Positions 49,620 through 60,883 of a DNA stretch of 64,000 nucleotides are shown here, in pieces. The stretch is from Antedon mediterranea. Lineage: Eukaryota > Animalia > Echinodermata. Within the stretch, counting starts at the first letter, position 1. Every line of letters begins with the position of its first letter. The translations under genes were made by a program, and so were the position numbers. The stretch covers positions 19,787,045-19,851,044 of the forward strand of contig NC_092680.1 in NCBI RefSeq assembly GCF_964355755.1. Direction: 5' to 3'. The notes below the pieces were generated by a model. It made no database searches. It was given only the letters and a program-made list of their open reading frames with translations, and was not told the origin of the DNA.

Positions 49620-49965
49620 TTATTTATTTATCTCACTAATATGTACACAAAGAAATATAACAAAGTGAAGGATGGGACCAACAGGTGGTAAACACCTCTA
49701 AAACAGACCAGTCCCAATTTCACAATAAGCCCAGTCATGATCAGTGGATATGTGTGTGTAGGCAACCCCTTACCCGTCTCAAAAGATGTACTAGGTTCTT
49801 TAAAGTGCAAATGAGCTAGATGTGTACACTGGACCTATGGTTTTAGTCCTTATCCGAGAAGACTCGTTCTACCACCAGAACCATGGAGCGAGTGAGCCTC
49901 GAACCCCTGCCGATGTTATGGCTACATAATTATGGTTCCACTATCTTAACCGCTTGCCCCCTCAC
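49620..49965 (-). mobile_element. tRNA-derived SINE with Deu-like central domain
   Basis: B box ggttcgaggc; tcttctcggataaggactaaaaccataggtcc...taaagaacc...gtaaggggt resembles the DeuSINE domain as recalled; (aaat)n tail; related fragment at ~36625-36680. Confidence 0.65.
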
Positions 49966-50125
49966 TCACTATAGACTAGTGCTATGTTTAACTAGTCCAA
50001 CAGACAACATCAAACTGGGCTAATATGGAATTTAAATCATGACTCATTTGTTTAAATAGTAGGGACAAAAGTTCAACATTAATGGCTTGCGATGAGGATG
50101 ATACCAAATGACAAGACCTACTCAC

Positions 50126-50216
50126 TTGTGATTCCTTCAGGTAGTTCCATCTGTATTAATAATTCTTCTGCTATGTCTGTTGCGTTTAAACCTTGTAATC
50201 GTTTTTCCCAGAACAA
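50126..50216 (-). CDS. MBD2: MBD2/3 exon 3 (LFWEKRLQGLNATDIAEELLIQMELPEGIT)
   Basis: LFWEKRLQGL is a diagnostic MBD2/3 motif; ttag acceptor, gtgag donor. Confidence 0.95.
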
Positions 50217-50688
50217 CTAAAAAATAGGAATTATTATCAATATTATTTAGAAAACTAATACAAAATAAGTGTATGTCGTCATGCATTTTCAAAAGCACTA
50301 TTTAAGGTTTTGAAAACGTCTTCTACCACAGATACTCACACTGTGTGTGTAATTCTAAAAATAATAAATTAAGTTTCATTCCAAGTGAAAAATAAACAGT
50401 TAAATATAATTAGAAACAATTAATTTCCAGAAAATGGTCTTCGGGTTGTTTACATTTTTTTTATAGTTTTATTAGGTACATAATAAATTTTTCCCGATCC
50501 AATTATTGCTTAAGTTATGGCATTATAATTGCCTATCAAAAAAAACAATGTTTAATTTATATTTATGTATATTTTTAATATAGAATGAAAGAATAGTGTA
50601 AAAATGTGAGGGTACAGTAAATAAATAGTTTAAAAACAAAAAAAAATAAAAATTTAATTCTTTCATTTCAAATTTCAAGAATACATAC

Positions 50689-50989
50689 TTGTTTAGGTGA
50701 TTCTTTCGTGTCCGGTTTGACATCGGTTTTGATCTTGTTGGCTGGATGCCTTCTTACAGTCGTAACTGGCTGTTTGAAGATGGAAGCTGTCTGCCTTATC
50801 GGAAGCACCAATGATGAATCGTGACGCGTACCTTTGTTGTAGTCATAAGAAATGTTGCGTAACCGCTTGCTCTTACGTATTCCTGCCGATAGTAGTTTAC
50901 CTGTGCGGAAGTCAAATGAACTTAGGTCCACTGCATCGCCAAGAAATCTTGCAAGCTGTGGTTTGCTTCGGAATTTCTTTCCACAAGGA
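50689..50989 (-). CDS. MBD2: MBD2/3 exon 2 (second half of MBD domain + LPIRQTASIFKQPVT)
   Basis: SPCGKKFRSKPQLARFLGDAVDLSSFDFRTGK; gtatgt donor. Confidence 0.96.
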
Positions 50990-51080
50990 CTTTACAAAAA
51001 GAAACAAATATATATTTTAATATGTTTTAATCAAAAATAAGCAGGAACCATTATTTATATTGTCCAGAAAGTATCTAGAG

Positions 51081-51310
51081 ACTAGGTCCCTAGGCTTAGG
51101 CCTAGGTATTTATTATAAATATTATAAATATAAAACAAAACAAATTTGTTAAACTCAAGAGCCTACTATGTAGTTTACGTTCACGCCACCCTTGCTGGAT
51201 TCTAAAAATATTCTCTAGACCCGATACAACTAGGCCACCACTAGGCTAGGCGCCGCCTACTAGGCTAGCTAACCTAGCCTCTATACTATATATAGAGGCT
51301 AGCCTAGCAA
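51081..51310. repeat. Low-complexity TAGGCC/CTAG palindromic tract in MBD2/3 intron 1
   Basis: Dense ctagg, taggcc and gcctag words. Confidence 0.6.
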
Positions 51311-51341
51311 CTTAATTTAAAAGGGGAAAAATCATTTGAAC

Positions 51342-51463
51342 CTGTAGTAATAAACATCTGATTTCCCGGCTGATAAGCCTGACTTTCGAATAACTTCTTC
51401 TCTACTCCATCCTTTTGGCAACGCACCGCATTCCTCAAGTCGTTTTTTGTCAACTTTATCCAT
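51342..51463 (-). CDS. MBD2: MBD2/3 exon 1 (MDKVDKKRLEECGALPKGWSREEVIRKSGLSAGKSDVYYY)
   Basis: First half of the MBD domain; ATG at 51463 matches the short MBD2b/MBD3-type start. Confidence 0.95.
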
Positions 51464-52922
51464 GTTTTCCTCGTTTTTTCCTTTTTCTGGGGGGTATCCG
51501 CGGGAGAGAGACAGACACACATACAGCTCAGTGTACAAAAAAAATAATAAACTCGGTAAATGACCTTTATAAGTGTTTAAATCAAAATTATCAAAACTAA
51601 CAAATGCTCACTACATGATTATATTTTAAATTTTTTAATAATATTTTAATTATAAAAAAAATACTGTATTAAAGTATTAATTTATTTTTTGGTTAAATTT
51701 GTTTTCTTAATAAATTCAACAAAACAATGCACAGAAAGAGGATTCATAATATACTTTTTTTTTTTGTTGCCGATTGGTGGCGCACTGTGAGCGAGGTAAT
51801 TTGAGGAGTGTAATTTTGCACAAATCCTGGTTCGGTTATAAGAATTATAATTTTAACAGCTTAGGGAATTCTAATTCCTATTCTAAATCCCAAGATCTCA
51901 GATTAGCACGATTTAAATATTCCAATCTAAACATAGATAACTTTATTCGTCAACAATGTAACATTGTTGACAATTGTCTTCCTTCGCAAGATAGGATAAA
52001 ATTTAACTTTTATGAGGAGGTTTTGATTTTCTTTCAATAATTTCGTTTAGTTCTATCATAGAGATATTCTATGGTTCTATAGTGAGTTCTTTATCTTGGA
52101 AAAAATATAGAAAAAAATAAAGTAGTAGTAGTAGTCTCCAAGAGTTTGGTATCATTTTTTTATTGTCTTAAATATTTTCCTTCCAAAATTTCGTTTAGGC
52201 CTAGTGATATTTGTTTATCTTGAACAAAAATATAACAAAAATAAAAGTGTCCAATCTCCTAGAGTCTTGGTATAATTTTAAAAATTGACCTTAAATATTT
52301 TCCTCTTTTGATTTGTCTATAGTAATTTCCTTCTAATAATACTTACGCTTGGTTAATGCTTTGAATTCTAACGTGAGACTACGTTTATGGATACCACCAT
52401 TCCAGAAGTTATTTTAAGCACTGCCCTCCACCACAAATAAATCAGTCGACTGAGCTAAAACGGTCATCTTGTTTAGGCCTATGGCTAACTAGTTAATACT
52501 AGTTCGTTGCCTCAAAATAAATATGCATATTTTCATTCATTTTCATTTTAATCTACGTTGAATTCTTTTCTACGATTTGAGACTAATATGTGCATTTTTA
52601 TGATGTGTTAAAAAGCTAACATTTCTAAAAAATGCTTAATTGGCTTAAAAATGAACCCAAAAATACAGAAGGTGGATGGCAACATTTTCCATTATTTTTA
52701 AAAGAAAAACACTATTTAGTGATTGGAGAGCTGAAAGTAGTCAAAATAGATCAATTATACCCCCGCTACGGCGGCCACACGCGACATGACTGAATAGCTG
52801 ATAATTGTCTATTGACGAGCTTATTACTGTACTATTATTAATTCATCGTGTCGTCGTAATGCATATTCATGACCGTCATCTAGAAGAAAAAAAGCTTGTA
52901 TTAACTAATTTGTAATCAAAAT

Positions 52923-52998
52923 TACTGGTTAGCTTAATCGACTGAGCAGCGTCGTGTTGATAACATGAATGTCGTGGGTTTGAACCCCACGCTGGTGG
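52923..52998 (+). pseudogene. Degenerate tRNA-Ile-like sequence (GAT anticodon loop); pseudogene or SINE head
   Basis: Anticodon arm tcgtg-ttgataa-catga and T arm gtggg-tttgaac-cccac are intact; the D arm and acceptor stem pair poorly and TTC is changed to TTT. Confidence 0.55.
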
Positions 52999-53564
52999 AA
53001 TAGAGTTAAAGCTATGCGGGCTATTGGGTTTGTCCTCACAGCATTATACGTCCTCCTTTCCACCACACATCATGAGACAGCACTAGCAATGCATCTGATG
53101 ATAATGTGGTGGAAACGACCGTACCCAAAAGGCTATGGCAGGGCCTTAGTGCTGAGGCAGGGAGAGCACACTTTTTTTTTGTGCCAACATAGAATTCGAT
53201 CTGATAAATGTTATCTTTAGCGCCCTCAATTTATAGGAACGCCCGCCCGCGACCCTATGTCAGAAAATTAAGTTCAAATCAAAATATTTGAAATTTTTAA
53301 CATTATCATAATTATCGTATTGTTTTATGGATTGTAAACATATTCAAATTCCGATTAAAAATATAAGCTATTTCTCAAAAGGCGCGTTTGTTTCACTGTG
53401 TTGGTGGTTGATACCATTATAATTAGGACTACTCAAGCTGTTAAAATAAATGATTATTACGCTATGGTTCTGCTACATTTACGCACGCCAAATATACCTC
53501 CTCACCGCGGTATCTTTAAAATCAAGTACTGTGCAATGTGACTAGGCAGGGCAATCTCATGTAC

Positions 53565-54003
53565 CTAGGCCTAGCTAGAACCTAGAATATAAATTTATAT
53601 ATTTATTTATTTTATATTTACAGTTCTAAGCATACGAAACCGGTATCATTTAGGTCATCGTAGGCATGTGCTAGGCTGGCATAGGTCCACTAGCCTGCCT
53701 CTCAACAAGTGTAGTTATGTTAGGCCTAAACTAACTAAGGCCTAGGCCTAGGCCTAGCCTACCTAGGCCTAGGCCCATAGCCTAGGCCTAGGATTATTAA
53801 CTAGGATAGGCCTAGTACTGTCCATAATCTAGCTAGGCCTAGTTAGTAGTAGCTAGTAGTTTAATAATTAGGCCATAGGCCTATATAATAGGCCTAGGCT
53901 AGAGCATCTATGAACCTATGAGTAAGCCAGCACTATTTTAGTACATTTTAATAATACCTTTTCCGTATTTATTAGGCCTAGCCTATATATAGGCCTAGGG
54001 CCT
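53565..54003. repeat. Low-complexity (TAGGCC)n-like palindromic tract upstream of the TERB2 coding region
   Basis: aggcctaggcctaggcctagcctacctaggcctagg and similar words. Confidence 0.75.
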
Positions 54004-54145
54004 ATTACTTTTTCAACAAAACAAATTATGGGTTTTCTTATAATAAAAAAAAAACGTAATGATAAATAAATGCGTTGACATTTTTTGTTAGCAATTTTAC
54101 CGTTCGCATAGACCTACATTACTTTATACTATTTCAGAACCTCAG

Positions 54146-54218
54146 ATGTCTGGGATATTTGATACTATTCCTGCCTGGTTCTCAAGCAGTTGTGATGCAC
54201 AATATAAACAACTTTGGG
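54146..54218 (+). CDS. TERB2: TERB2 exon 1 (MSGIFDTIPAWFSSSCDAQYKQLW)
   Basis: Matches the TERB2 N-terminal F....WF..S......W pattern; an upstream acceptor at 54137 implies a 5' UTR exon. Confidence 0.82.
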
Positions 54219-54547
54219 GTATAATAATACAACATTTTTACTGTGACCAGGCCTATGTAACAAAGTGTTGATTAGCCAATATTCATAAACAATATAGTTT
54301 GTAACAATTATTGGATGATTTTGCGACAACTCTGCACTCTTCTAAAATCAAATCTGATTTACATTCAAGGCAAATTAAAATGTATGATATTAATATCCAA
54401 TGCTGTGAATATGTTATAATTATTACAATTATGCAGCTCCCTGTTTAATAGGCCTACTCACTGATTTTGTAACTATGAAGGTTCGTTTCCGAAATAAAAT
54501 TAAAATGAAATGAATGAATACTAAATAGCGTACCATTTTTTTTACAG

Positions 54548-54632
54548 TTGAACATGGCGGAACTGTAGTTGTTGATTTATCCACTGCATTGTTCATATTC
54601 AGTAATGATCCAAAGGCGAAGGATACCATACG
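54548..54632 (+). CDS. TERB2: TERB2 exon 2 (VEHGGTVVVDLSTALFIFSNDPKAKDTIR)
   Basis: Compare VAEGGTISDPRAADFLFSCDASHPDTLR; tttacag acceptor, gtaac donor. Confidence 0.87.
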
Positions 54633-54993
54633 GTAACTAATAACATACAGAGTATCCAGTCATTTCGCCCCTTTCTTTTTATATACAATAGGCTACAGTA
54701 CCCAGGGTTTTATCATTTGATCGCAGATGTACAAATAAAGTTCAAATATAGACTTGCCTCACTTTTGTCGGAGTTTGTTTTATGTTATTGTTATTAAATT
54801 AAAGTGGCCAGATAAAGGGATTCTTAAATTGGAGTGGGTAAGGGGTTTGGGGGTGGGAAGGTGTTCGGGCATAAAGGCGTGAATAAATGATGTTAAAGAC
54901 TAGACACAGGTACAGTACCACCGTAGTTTAACATACTGAATAGCAATACTAAAATTATTTTTTAACAGTATTTAAAATGTGTGTTTCTTAAAG

Positions 54994-55121
54994 TATCTTT
55001 AAATCACGTGCTTATGGTGACGGACTTACAGTCGTGATGGCAGGATATATTGATGCTTGTTTACAAGTTGGCGATGCTCATAAGATTGCACTTAGCTTAT
55101 ATATCTTGCATCCACCAGAAG
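54994..55121 (+). CDS. TERB2: TERB2 exon 3 (IFKSRAYGDGLTVVMAGYIDACLQVGDAHKIALSLYILHPPE)
   Basis: Compare IYQSLDYIEDNATVFHAYYLSAV...VALGHFILPP. Confidence 0.85.
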
Positions 55122-55354
55122 GTTAGCCAATGATAATTTTTGTTTTCGTCCTTTTAAGTAGAAAGCCATACACGTTTTTTGTGCAATTTTTGTAAATAAT
55201 TAGTTAGCTATGCCTTAGTGGTCTTTCCCCCGCTCATTATATTTTCTATTATATTTTATATAGCTTACTGTAAAAGAAAATAATATAATCTCCCTAGACT
55301 CCATTTTCACATTTTCTTCGTAATAAATAAGTTTTTTTTGTTATTTAATCATAG

Positions 55355-55403
55355 CTTTGAATGAAATGAGAAACCCCGTCGAGTCATACACTTTCAGGGA
55401 AAG
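55355..55403 (+). CDS. TERB2: TERB2 exon 4 (ALNEMRNPVESYTFRE)
   Basis: Canonical atag/gtgagt sites; frame-consistent. Confidence 0.72.
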
Positions 55404-55632
55404 GTGAGTCGGTCAAGTTATAGAGGTCCATGGTTCAAGTAATGTCCCCAACATTTGACGTCTTATTCTTCTACAAAAGTAGGCCTAATAGTTTGAAATA
55501 CAGGGTGGTTATTATTGTGTGGTAAACTTGTCCAATAGTATATTGTATTGTATATTCTTATTGGAAACGGGATGGGCGAACTGAACCCATGATAATGGCC
55601 AAAATAATTTTAATTTGATAATATGTTTTTAG

Positions 55633-55667
55633 AAATTTTTCCTGGAGCAAAATTGTCAGGATTACTG
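55633..55667 (+). CDS. TERB2: TERB2 exon 5 (RNFSWSKIVRIT)
   Basis: 35-nt exon needed to reconcile phase 2 with phase 1; tttttag/gtacgt. Confidence 0.6.
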
Positions 55668-55908
55668 GTACGTATTTGTGTGTTTTTTTTAACTTTTATC
55701 TGATCAAATTAGGCCTAAAGCTGGTAAACGGATTATTGAAAACTTTACTTTTCAATCTTCGTAGGCCATGGCACATAAGACAGTGCAAAAGTAAAAATAC
55801 TGTAAAATGCAATTTGTAATGGTAGGCCTATTTATGTTAATTACTGCATTTTGTAATAGTTAAAATGGTCTAATTAACTCCCTTATCATGTTTTATATTT
55901 ATTTTCAG

Positions 55909-56000
55909 ACAGCGATATCTGTCGGGAGGATGTAGAGTTTGTTCCACATATTAAAGATATCCCAACATTCACTGGTATTCTTGAAGATGTGATGATGTGA
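55909..56000 (+). CDS. TERB2: TERB2 exon 6 (DSDICREDVEFVPHIKDIPTFTGILEDVMM*)
   Basis: Compare the C-terminal YISIDAMKKFLGELHDF segment; attttcag acceptor. Confidence 0.78.
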
Positions 56001-57250
56001 ATTTTAACATTTTAAATTTTAATATTACTGGATTTGAGTTTCGAAAATGCATAAATCACTTTAAATTTGTATTTAATGCAAATTCATTTAAAATCTGAAC
56101 TTCAACAAGATTAAAATTAGTAATTAATTTATTGAATTAGGCCTATTATATTAATAATAATACTAATATAATAATATATTATATAATAATATACAGTTTT
56201 GGTGTTACTACAACGTTATGTATACAGTAAGTCTTACTGTAAAATATAGAAAAACAATTTCAAGAAAAAAAATGTTAATAAAAACAAATTGGTGTTTGCA
56301 ATGTTAAAGTGTCGATGCTTTATTGAAGCTGATACAATAATCCATTCATAGAAACAAAGAAAAGTAACAAAAAGGAACGAGAAAAAAAATTAAAGGGACA
56401 AATTTTAAAGTAAAAAAGGGAAAACAGAAGAAAAAAGAATAGTTTCGAATGTTATTATTATTATGCACATTTCATACGAATCCAACATTGAGCACAAACT
56501 CGCCAATTACAGGATGGATAAACTATTAACTATGAAATGAAGAAATGACAATCAAATAGTTTGCAAGAAATTAGCCTGCCTTTATTGTTCACTTGAATTT
56601 AATGATTACAACAACAAAATCACATGCATCTTGGTATTATTATTATTATTATTCGCTAAGCTATACACAAGTCTATTTAATATACCAAAAGTGTGCACTC
56701 TCCGTAACTAGAGTAATTTCCAATCAATTACACTTATTTTGCATATTTCTTTCAAAGTGATTGTACGAAACTACAAAAAAACCTATTTGCACTATCTAAT
56801 ACGACTAGAATTAAAAATTATTTTTGTAGTATATTTATAGTTTACTTATTTAAATTAAGACTATATATTTTAGCACTTATTTCCGAGGAAACGATGAATT
56901 TCTACAGCACAATTCTGTGAGAGTACTTTGTATAGGTACCTAATTTAGCAATCAAATTGTAAGGATAATAAAAACAAAGAACTTGAATAGGCCTATATAA
57001 AAATCAGGAAAAACGCGTTTTGAAATAGGTTTTGATTAACTTATAAAGATTAAATTAAAAAATCTATAAAATAAAGAAAAAAAAGAGAATTATTCCACTG
57101 CTATTATTTTTAGATATTCAAGATTGATAAAAATGTTTTTCTATAGCTAAATTTGTTTTGTTGTTGTTATGCTTTACTCTAGTGTATCTCATATCTAGTT
57201 GTTATTTTATATTAAGAAAACAAATGAAATATAGTGTACTGTAATTTCAG

Positions 57251-57618
57251 AAGACAGCATGGATGATTTTATTGATGATGACGAGGAAGATGAAGAAGAA
57301 TTATCAAGTAGTGAGGAAATTGAAACTGATGAGTCCAAAAATGATAAGTCAAAAAATGATGAGGAGGAATCCGTCTCAAGCGAAGAAGAAAGTGAAGAAG
57401 AAGAAAAAGAAGAAAAAAGTGAAGAAGAAGAAGTAAGTGAAGATAAAGAATTTGACCCTATGTAATTGGTCAAAGTGGGCAGAAATCAAGAAAAGGCGGG
57501 TAAAAGCAGTAGAGCCTTGGAATGTTATTTAAAAGCATTAGATATAGACGACCAAGATAAGGCTCTGCAGAAACACGTCTTAAAACTAAAAGATGAATCT
57601 CAATGTAGTCTTGTATAA
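57251..57618 (+). pseudogene. Pseudo-exon: acidic region + C-terminal TPR, ERCC6L/PICH-like, with in-frame stop at 57463-57465
   Basis: After the TAA the same frame continues LVKVGRNQEKAGKSSRALECYLKALDIDDQDKALQKHVLKL, resembling the recalled PICH C-terminal TPR (LVKRGKELKECGKIQEALNCLVKALDI). Confidence 0.6.
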
Positions 57619-57824
57619 TATTTATTATATTTTATAAATTATCATGGTTTTTGTAGTGGAGTGCTATTAGTAGTATTAGATACTGTAGTTCAACTCAAAG
57701 TTACATTAATTAGGCTATGCTGTTATAATTATTGTATATTACATCATCAATATTGATTTTCTTTCAGACACTTTTATTCAGAGTTTATTAAAGAATTCTA
57801 GTTTTCTAAAAAAAAAATATATAG

Positions 57825-58101
57825 AGGAAAAAGAGAAAAAATGGATGAAACTGAATTTGAAGGAAAGCAAACGGCCGATGAATCAGATTTAGAAGATGAA
57901 GTAGAAAACAGCATGGATGATTTTATTGATAGGAAGATGAAGAAGAATTATCAAGTAGTGAGGAAATTGAAACTGATGAATCCAAAAATGATAAGTCAAA
58001 AAATTATGAGGAGGAATCCGTCTCAAGCGAAAAAGAAAGTGAAGAAGAAGTAAAAGAAGAATTGAAAAAGTGAAGAAGAAGAAGTAAGTGAAGATAAAGA
58101 A
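57825..58101 (+). pseudogene. Second, frameshifted copy of the acidic pseudo-exon
   Basis: Near-identical to 57251-57450 with a 7-nt deletion (gatgacg); has extra upstream acidic codons and no TPR part. Confidence 0.7.
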
Positions 58102-58842
58102 TATTAACTAATAACTATATAGCGCTACATTACCTTTTACTTTGCGTACTCAACAGAACACGAAGAACTTTTTCTTTTACATAATGTATGTACATAAAAG
58201 CTCCAGAGACTTTCTAAAATGTTACCACTTGCCAAACAAACGCGTCCGAACACCAAACAACCGCGTCCGAACACCAAAATAGCGTCGTTATAAATGCCAC
58301 GAAGCATGTACCAGAAAGACATTAGCGCCGCTACACTAGATCGCTAACCAAGAAGTAAATAGTTTAAGATAAGGAACACCGTGTTAAATAGAATAAACAA
58401 GACGCCATAATGGTCGTGACGTTTGTGCTCTAATACTTCATCTACGTCACAGCATGCTTGGTTACTGAAATAGCTTATGCTTATCTGAACATTTTATAGA
58501 CTACTATGAAGTAAGACTCAAGAATTCCAATAAAAAAAAAAAGAAATTTTGTCCAATTTGACGCACAAACGGCAAATGTTGACCCAAAGGATCCGAAAGT
58601 GGAGTTGAAAAAAGTCACTGCATCCACGTAACATTCTTTCCTAAAATTCTACGTAAAAGTATCAACTCAGTGAAATTTATTTATTTACTATTTTCTGACG
58701 AACTTAGAAAGGTTAAGACCGTCTCGGTAAATAAATCAATTTCACTAAGATGTCGAAAAATAGTTTTTGTAACTTTTCTACAAAAACTGTTTCATCCTCA
58801 AAGGGCAATTCTTCGTTTTCGATGACGAACACTAAAGAATGC

Positions 58843-59382
58843 TTATGCGCTCATCCCGAGTACATCTTTTCTGAAATTAGGGGCTGTGTTAAGAATGACT
58901 ATGGTCGCAATAATCAAGTAGATACTAAAGAACACCAGTCCAAAACGATCTAATACCATCGCAGCATACTTCCAATCTCCCACTACCTCTTCATCTTCGT
59001 CAATTTTCTTAAATCGCTCTGTCATAAAGTGGAGTTCATCTAGCACATTGTCCATTTTTTCTCTACTTTGAGGTATTCCATGATTGTCGCGACCAATAAT
59101 CGTCTTATCCATAAGCCCATCTTGATTCTCGTGGTAGCTTGCATATCTGACTCCAATCACACCCGCAGAGCCTTGTTGGTGTAGCGTCAGTGGTGTGCGT
59201 CCATTATTCTGATAACCAGCGGTAGCGGCCATCTTCCTCCTGTAACCAGGTGACTGGTCGAGCATCTCGATTTCCATTTCCTGATTACTAAGGTTACCTT
59301 TCTTGAAGGGTCCTTTAAAAATATGGCCAGGTCTGCTCATGCGCAGAAACCATGGAAGCCAATCAAGACATATTTTTTTCGT
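58843..59382 (-). CDS. CHRNA7: nAChR last exon: cytoplasmic loop, MA helix, M4
   Basis: LDWLPWFLRMSRPG; DWKYAAMVLDR; ILNTAPNF. Confidence 0.94.
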   Translation of the reverse strand, partial: TKKICLDWLPWFLRMSRPGHIFKGPFKKGNLSNQEMEIEMLDQSPGYRRKMAATAGYQNNGRTPLTLHQQGSAGVIGVRYASYHENQDGLMDKTIIGRDNHGIPQSREKMDNVLDELHFMTERFKKIDEDEEVVGDWKYAAMVLDRFGLVFFSIYLIIATIVILNTAPNFRKDVLGMSA

Positions 59383-59677
59383 CTGAAAAAGAAAACAAGA
59401 ATAAATCATTATAAGCATATCTTGGAAATACATTTTTGAAATCTAAATCTTATATACGGTTTGCTCTTAATTCAAAAACAAAAATTAACTATAATTGAAG
59501 AGGAAAGCCAAAACATATCTCGAAAGATTGCCCACGGAAATATTTTATAGGAAATATTTATAAATAGAAATAAATGTTGTGTTTTGGTGTATTAATCCGG
59601 AAAACACATTTAAATAGTATGTAATTGTTGTTGTAGTAAGCTGATTTTGTATATAAACTTGTTCTTATTAAGCGTAC

Positions 59678-59787
59678 CGTTGGCCCCATTGTGTGTGTAT
59701 CTGGGTTACGATGATGGAAGTTCAGTATCGTCATTGTCAGTAGTACTGCCATAGCAACCATTAACAACATGGCGCTGAAATAATTTG
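59678..59787 (-). CDS. CHRNA7: nAChR M3 exon
   Basis: NYFSAMLLMVAMAVLLTMTILNFHHRNPDTHTMGPT; 110 nt. Confidence 0.93.
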
Positions 59788-60133
59788 CTGAAATATGAAA
59801 TAAATTTGAAATTATTATTTTAGTAAAATTACCAAATACTTTGCAACCCAGCAATAATTGCAAATTATCTTGGTGAAGATTGACAAAATGCTTGACCTTA
59901 ATTAATTGGCGTATTTTAAGGTATAATTTCGATATTAATGATCATTCTAAAAATTGTAAAATTATTTAATAAACAACGGTATAGTAGCTTGATAATTTTT
60001 ATAATATTATCAATACAAGACGTAACGCCAGGGAGTTAAGTTACTTGATCAGTTATTTTTCTCTGCTCTGACGTAATTTCATTATTAAACTTTAAAAATA
60101 ATTAGGCTAACTAATACAATTACTTATACGTAC

Positions 60134-60220
60134 ATAGCATAGGTGATGCGTCCGATGTTGGCGGTAGACTTTCCGTAAATATCATCATAAAAACGGTTAA
60201 TGACAGCAGAATTGTGACAG
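60134..60220 (-). CDS. CHRNA7: nAChR M2 exon
   Basis: AVTILLSLTVFMMIFTESLPPTSDASPML; 87 nt; absent from the ORF track. Confidence 0.93.
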
Positions 60221-60883
60221 CTAAGATAAATAATCGATTTAAAAAAGGTATTAGTAATGCGTCATATTAATAATAATAAAAGAATATTAATCAAGTTTAA
60301 AATAAAAGGAAGATGCAATCAAATGTTTTCTTGAGTAAATGTAAGTAGTAAGTAAGTAAATGCAAAATATGTCCTTGTGTCTACATAGTTTAGTTTGAAA
60401 ATATAGACTATGCTGAGAAATTTAAGAAAACTCAGCTGCAATTAACGAATCTAATAAGTCTTTGTTGTTGCCATATAATTCTGAAGATAGACACAATTAA
60501 AGTTTTATAGTCTATACATGAAGGAAAAAATAATTTTATAATAATTTTTTCCTCATGGTCTATACTATAATAGTAAACCAATATTTTTGAGTTTGCAAAA
60601 TCGGAGTTTGCAATTTAGTTTACTCTGCAAACTTAATGTCTGTATTTTGTCAACCGGTTTACACTAGCAAACTTCTCTTGACAAACTTGCAAACAAAAGT
60701 AGCCAGTGTAGACTGGACTTTAAAGAACCTCTATACTGTGGAAAACTCGAAGTTTAGGCCTACAAACTTTTGGTAAAATAATTGCTAGTGTAGTGTACCT
60801 ATAGGCTTAGTTAATGTAAATTAAAGTGTCCCAGCGACTATTTCTTCAGCGAGATATATCGATGAGCTTATTGGAAAACTCAC

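Larger units (their letters stand above)
35059..51463 (-). other. MBD2: Gene model: methyl-CpG-binding domain protein MBD2/3 (NuRD subunit), 6 coding exons, 278 aa
   Basis: Exons 51463-51342, 50989-50689, 50216-50126, 49503-49406, 42192-42030, 35120-35059. All introns are GT-AG with matching phases (2,0,1,0,1), total 837 nt. MBD domain, LPIRQTASIFKQPVT, QLFWEKRLQGL, coiled coil and acidic tail are present. Confidence 0.93.
54146..56000 (+). other. TERB2: Gene model: telomere repeats-binding bouquet formation protein 2 homologue, 6 coding exons, 153 aa
   Basis: Exons 54146-54218, 54548-54632, 54994-55121, 55355-55403, 55633-55667, 55909-56000; GT-AG introns, phases 1,2,1,2,1, total 462 nt. 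The product aligns by eye with recalled vertebrate TERB2 (WF..S....WVxxGG...FxFSxD....DTxRIxxS...LPP; C-terminal FxGxLxD). Confidence 0.85.

Noticed and set aside
51464-51538. N-terminal extension of MBD2/3 given by the ORF track
   Set aside because: It starts at a non-ATG codon and is probably 5' UTR; the first ATG is at 51463.
57207-57473. Ser-rich 88-aa minus-strand ORF
   Set aside because: Antisense of the Glu/Asp-rich pseudo-exon.
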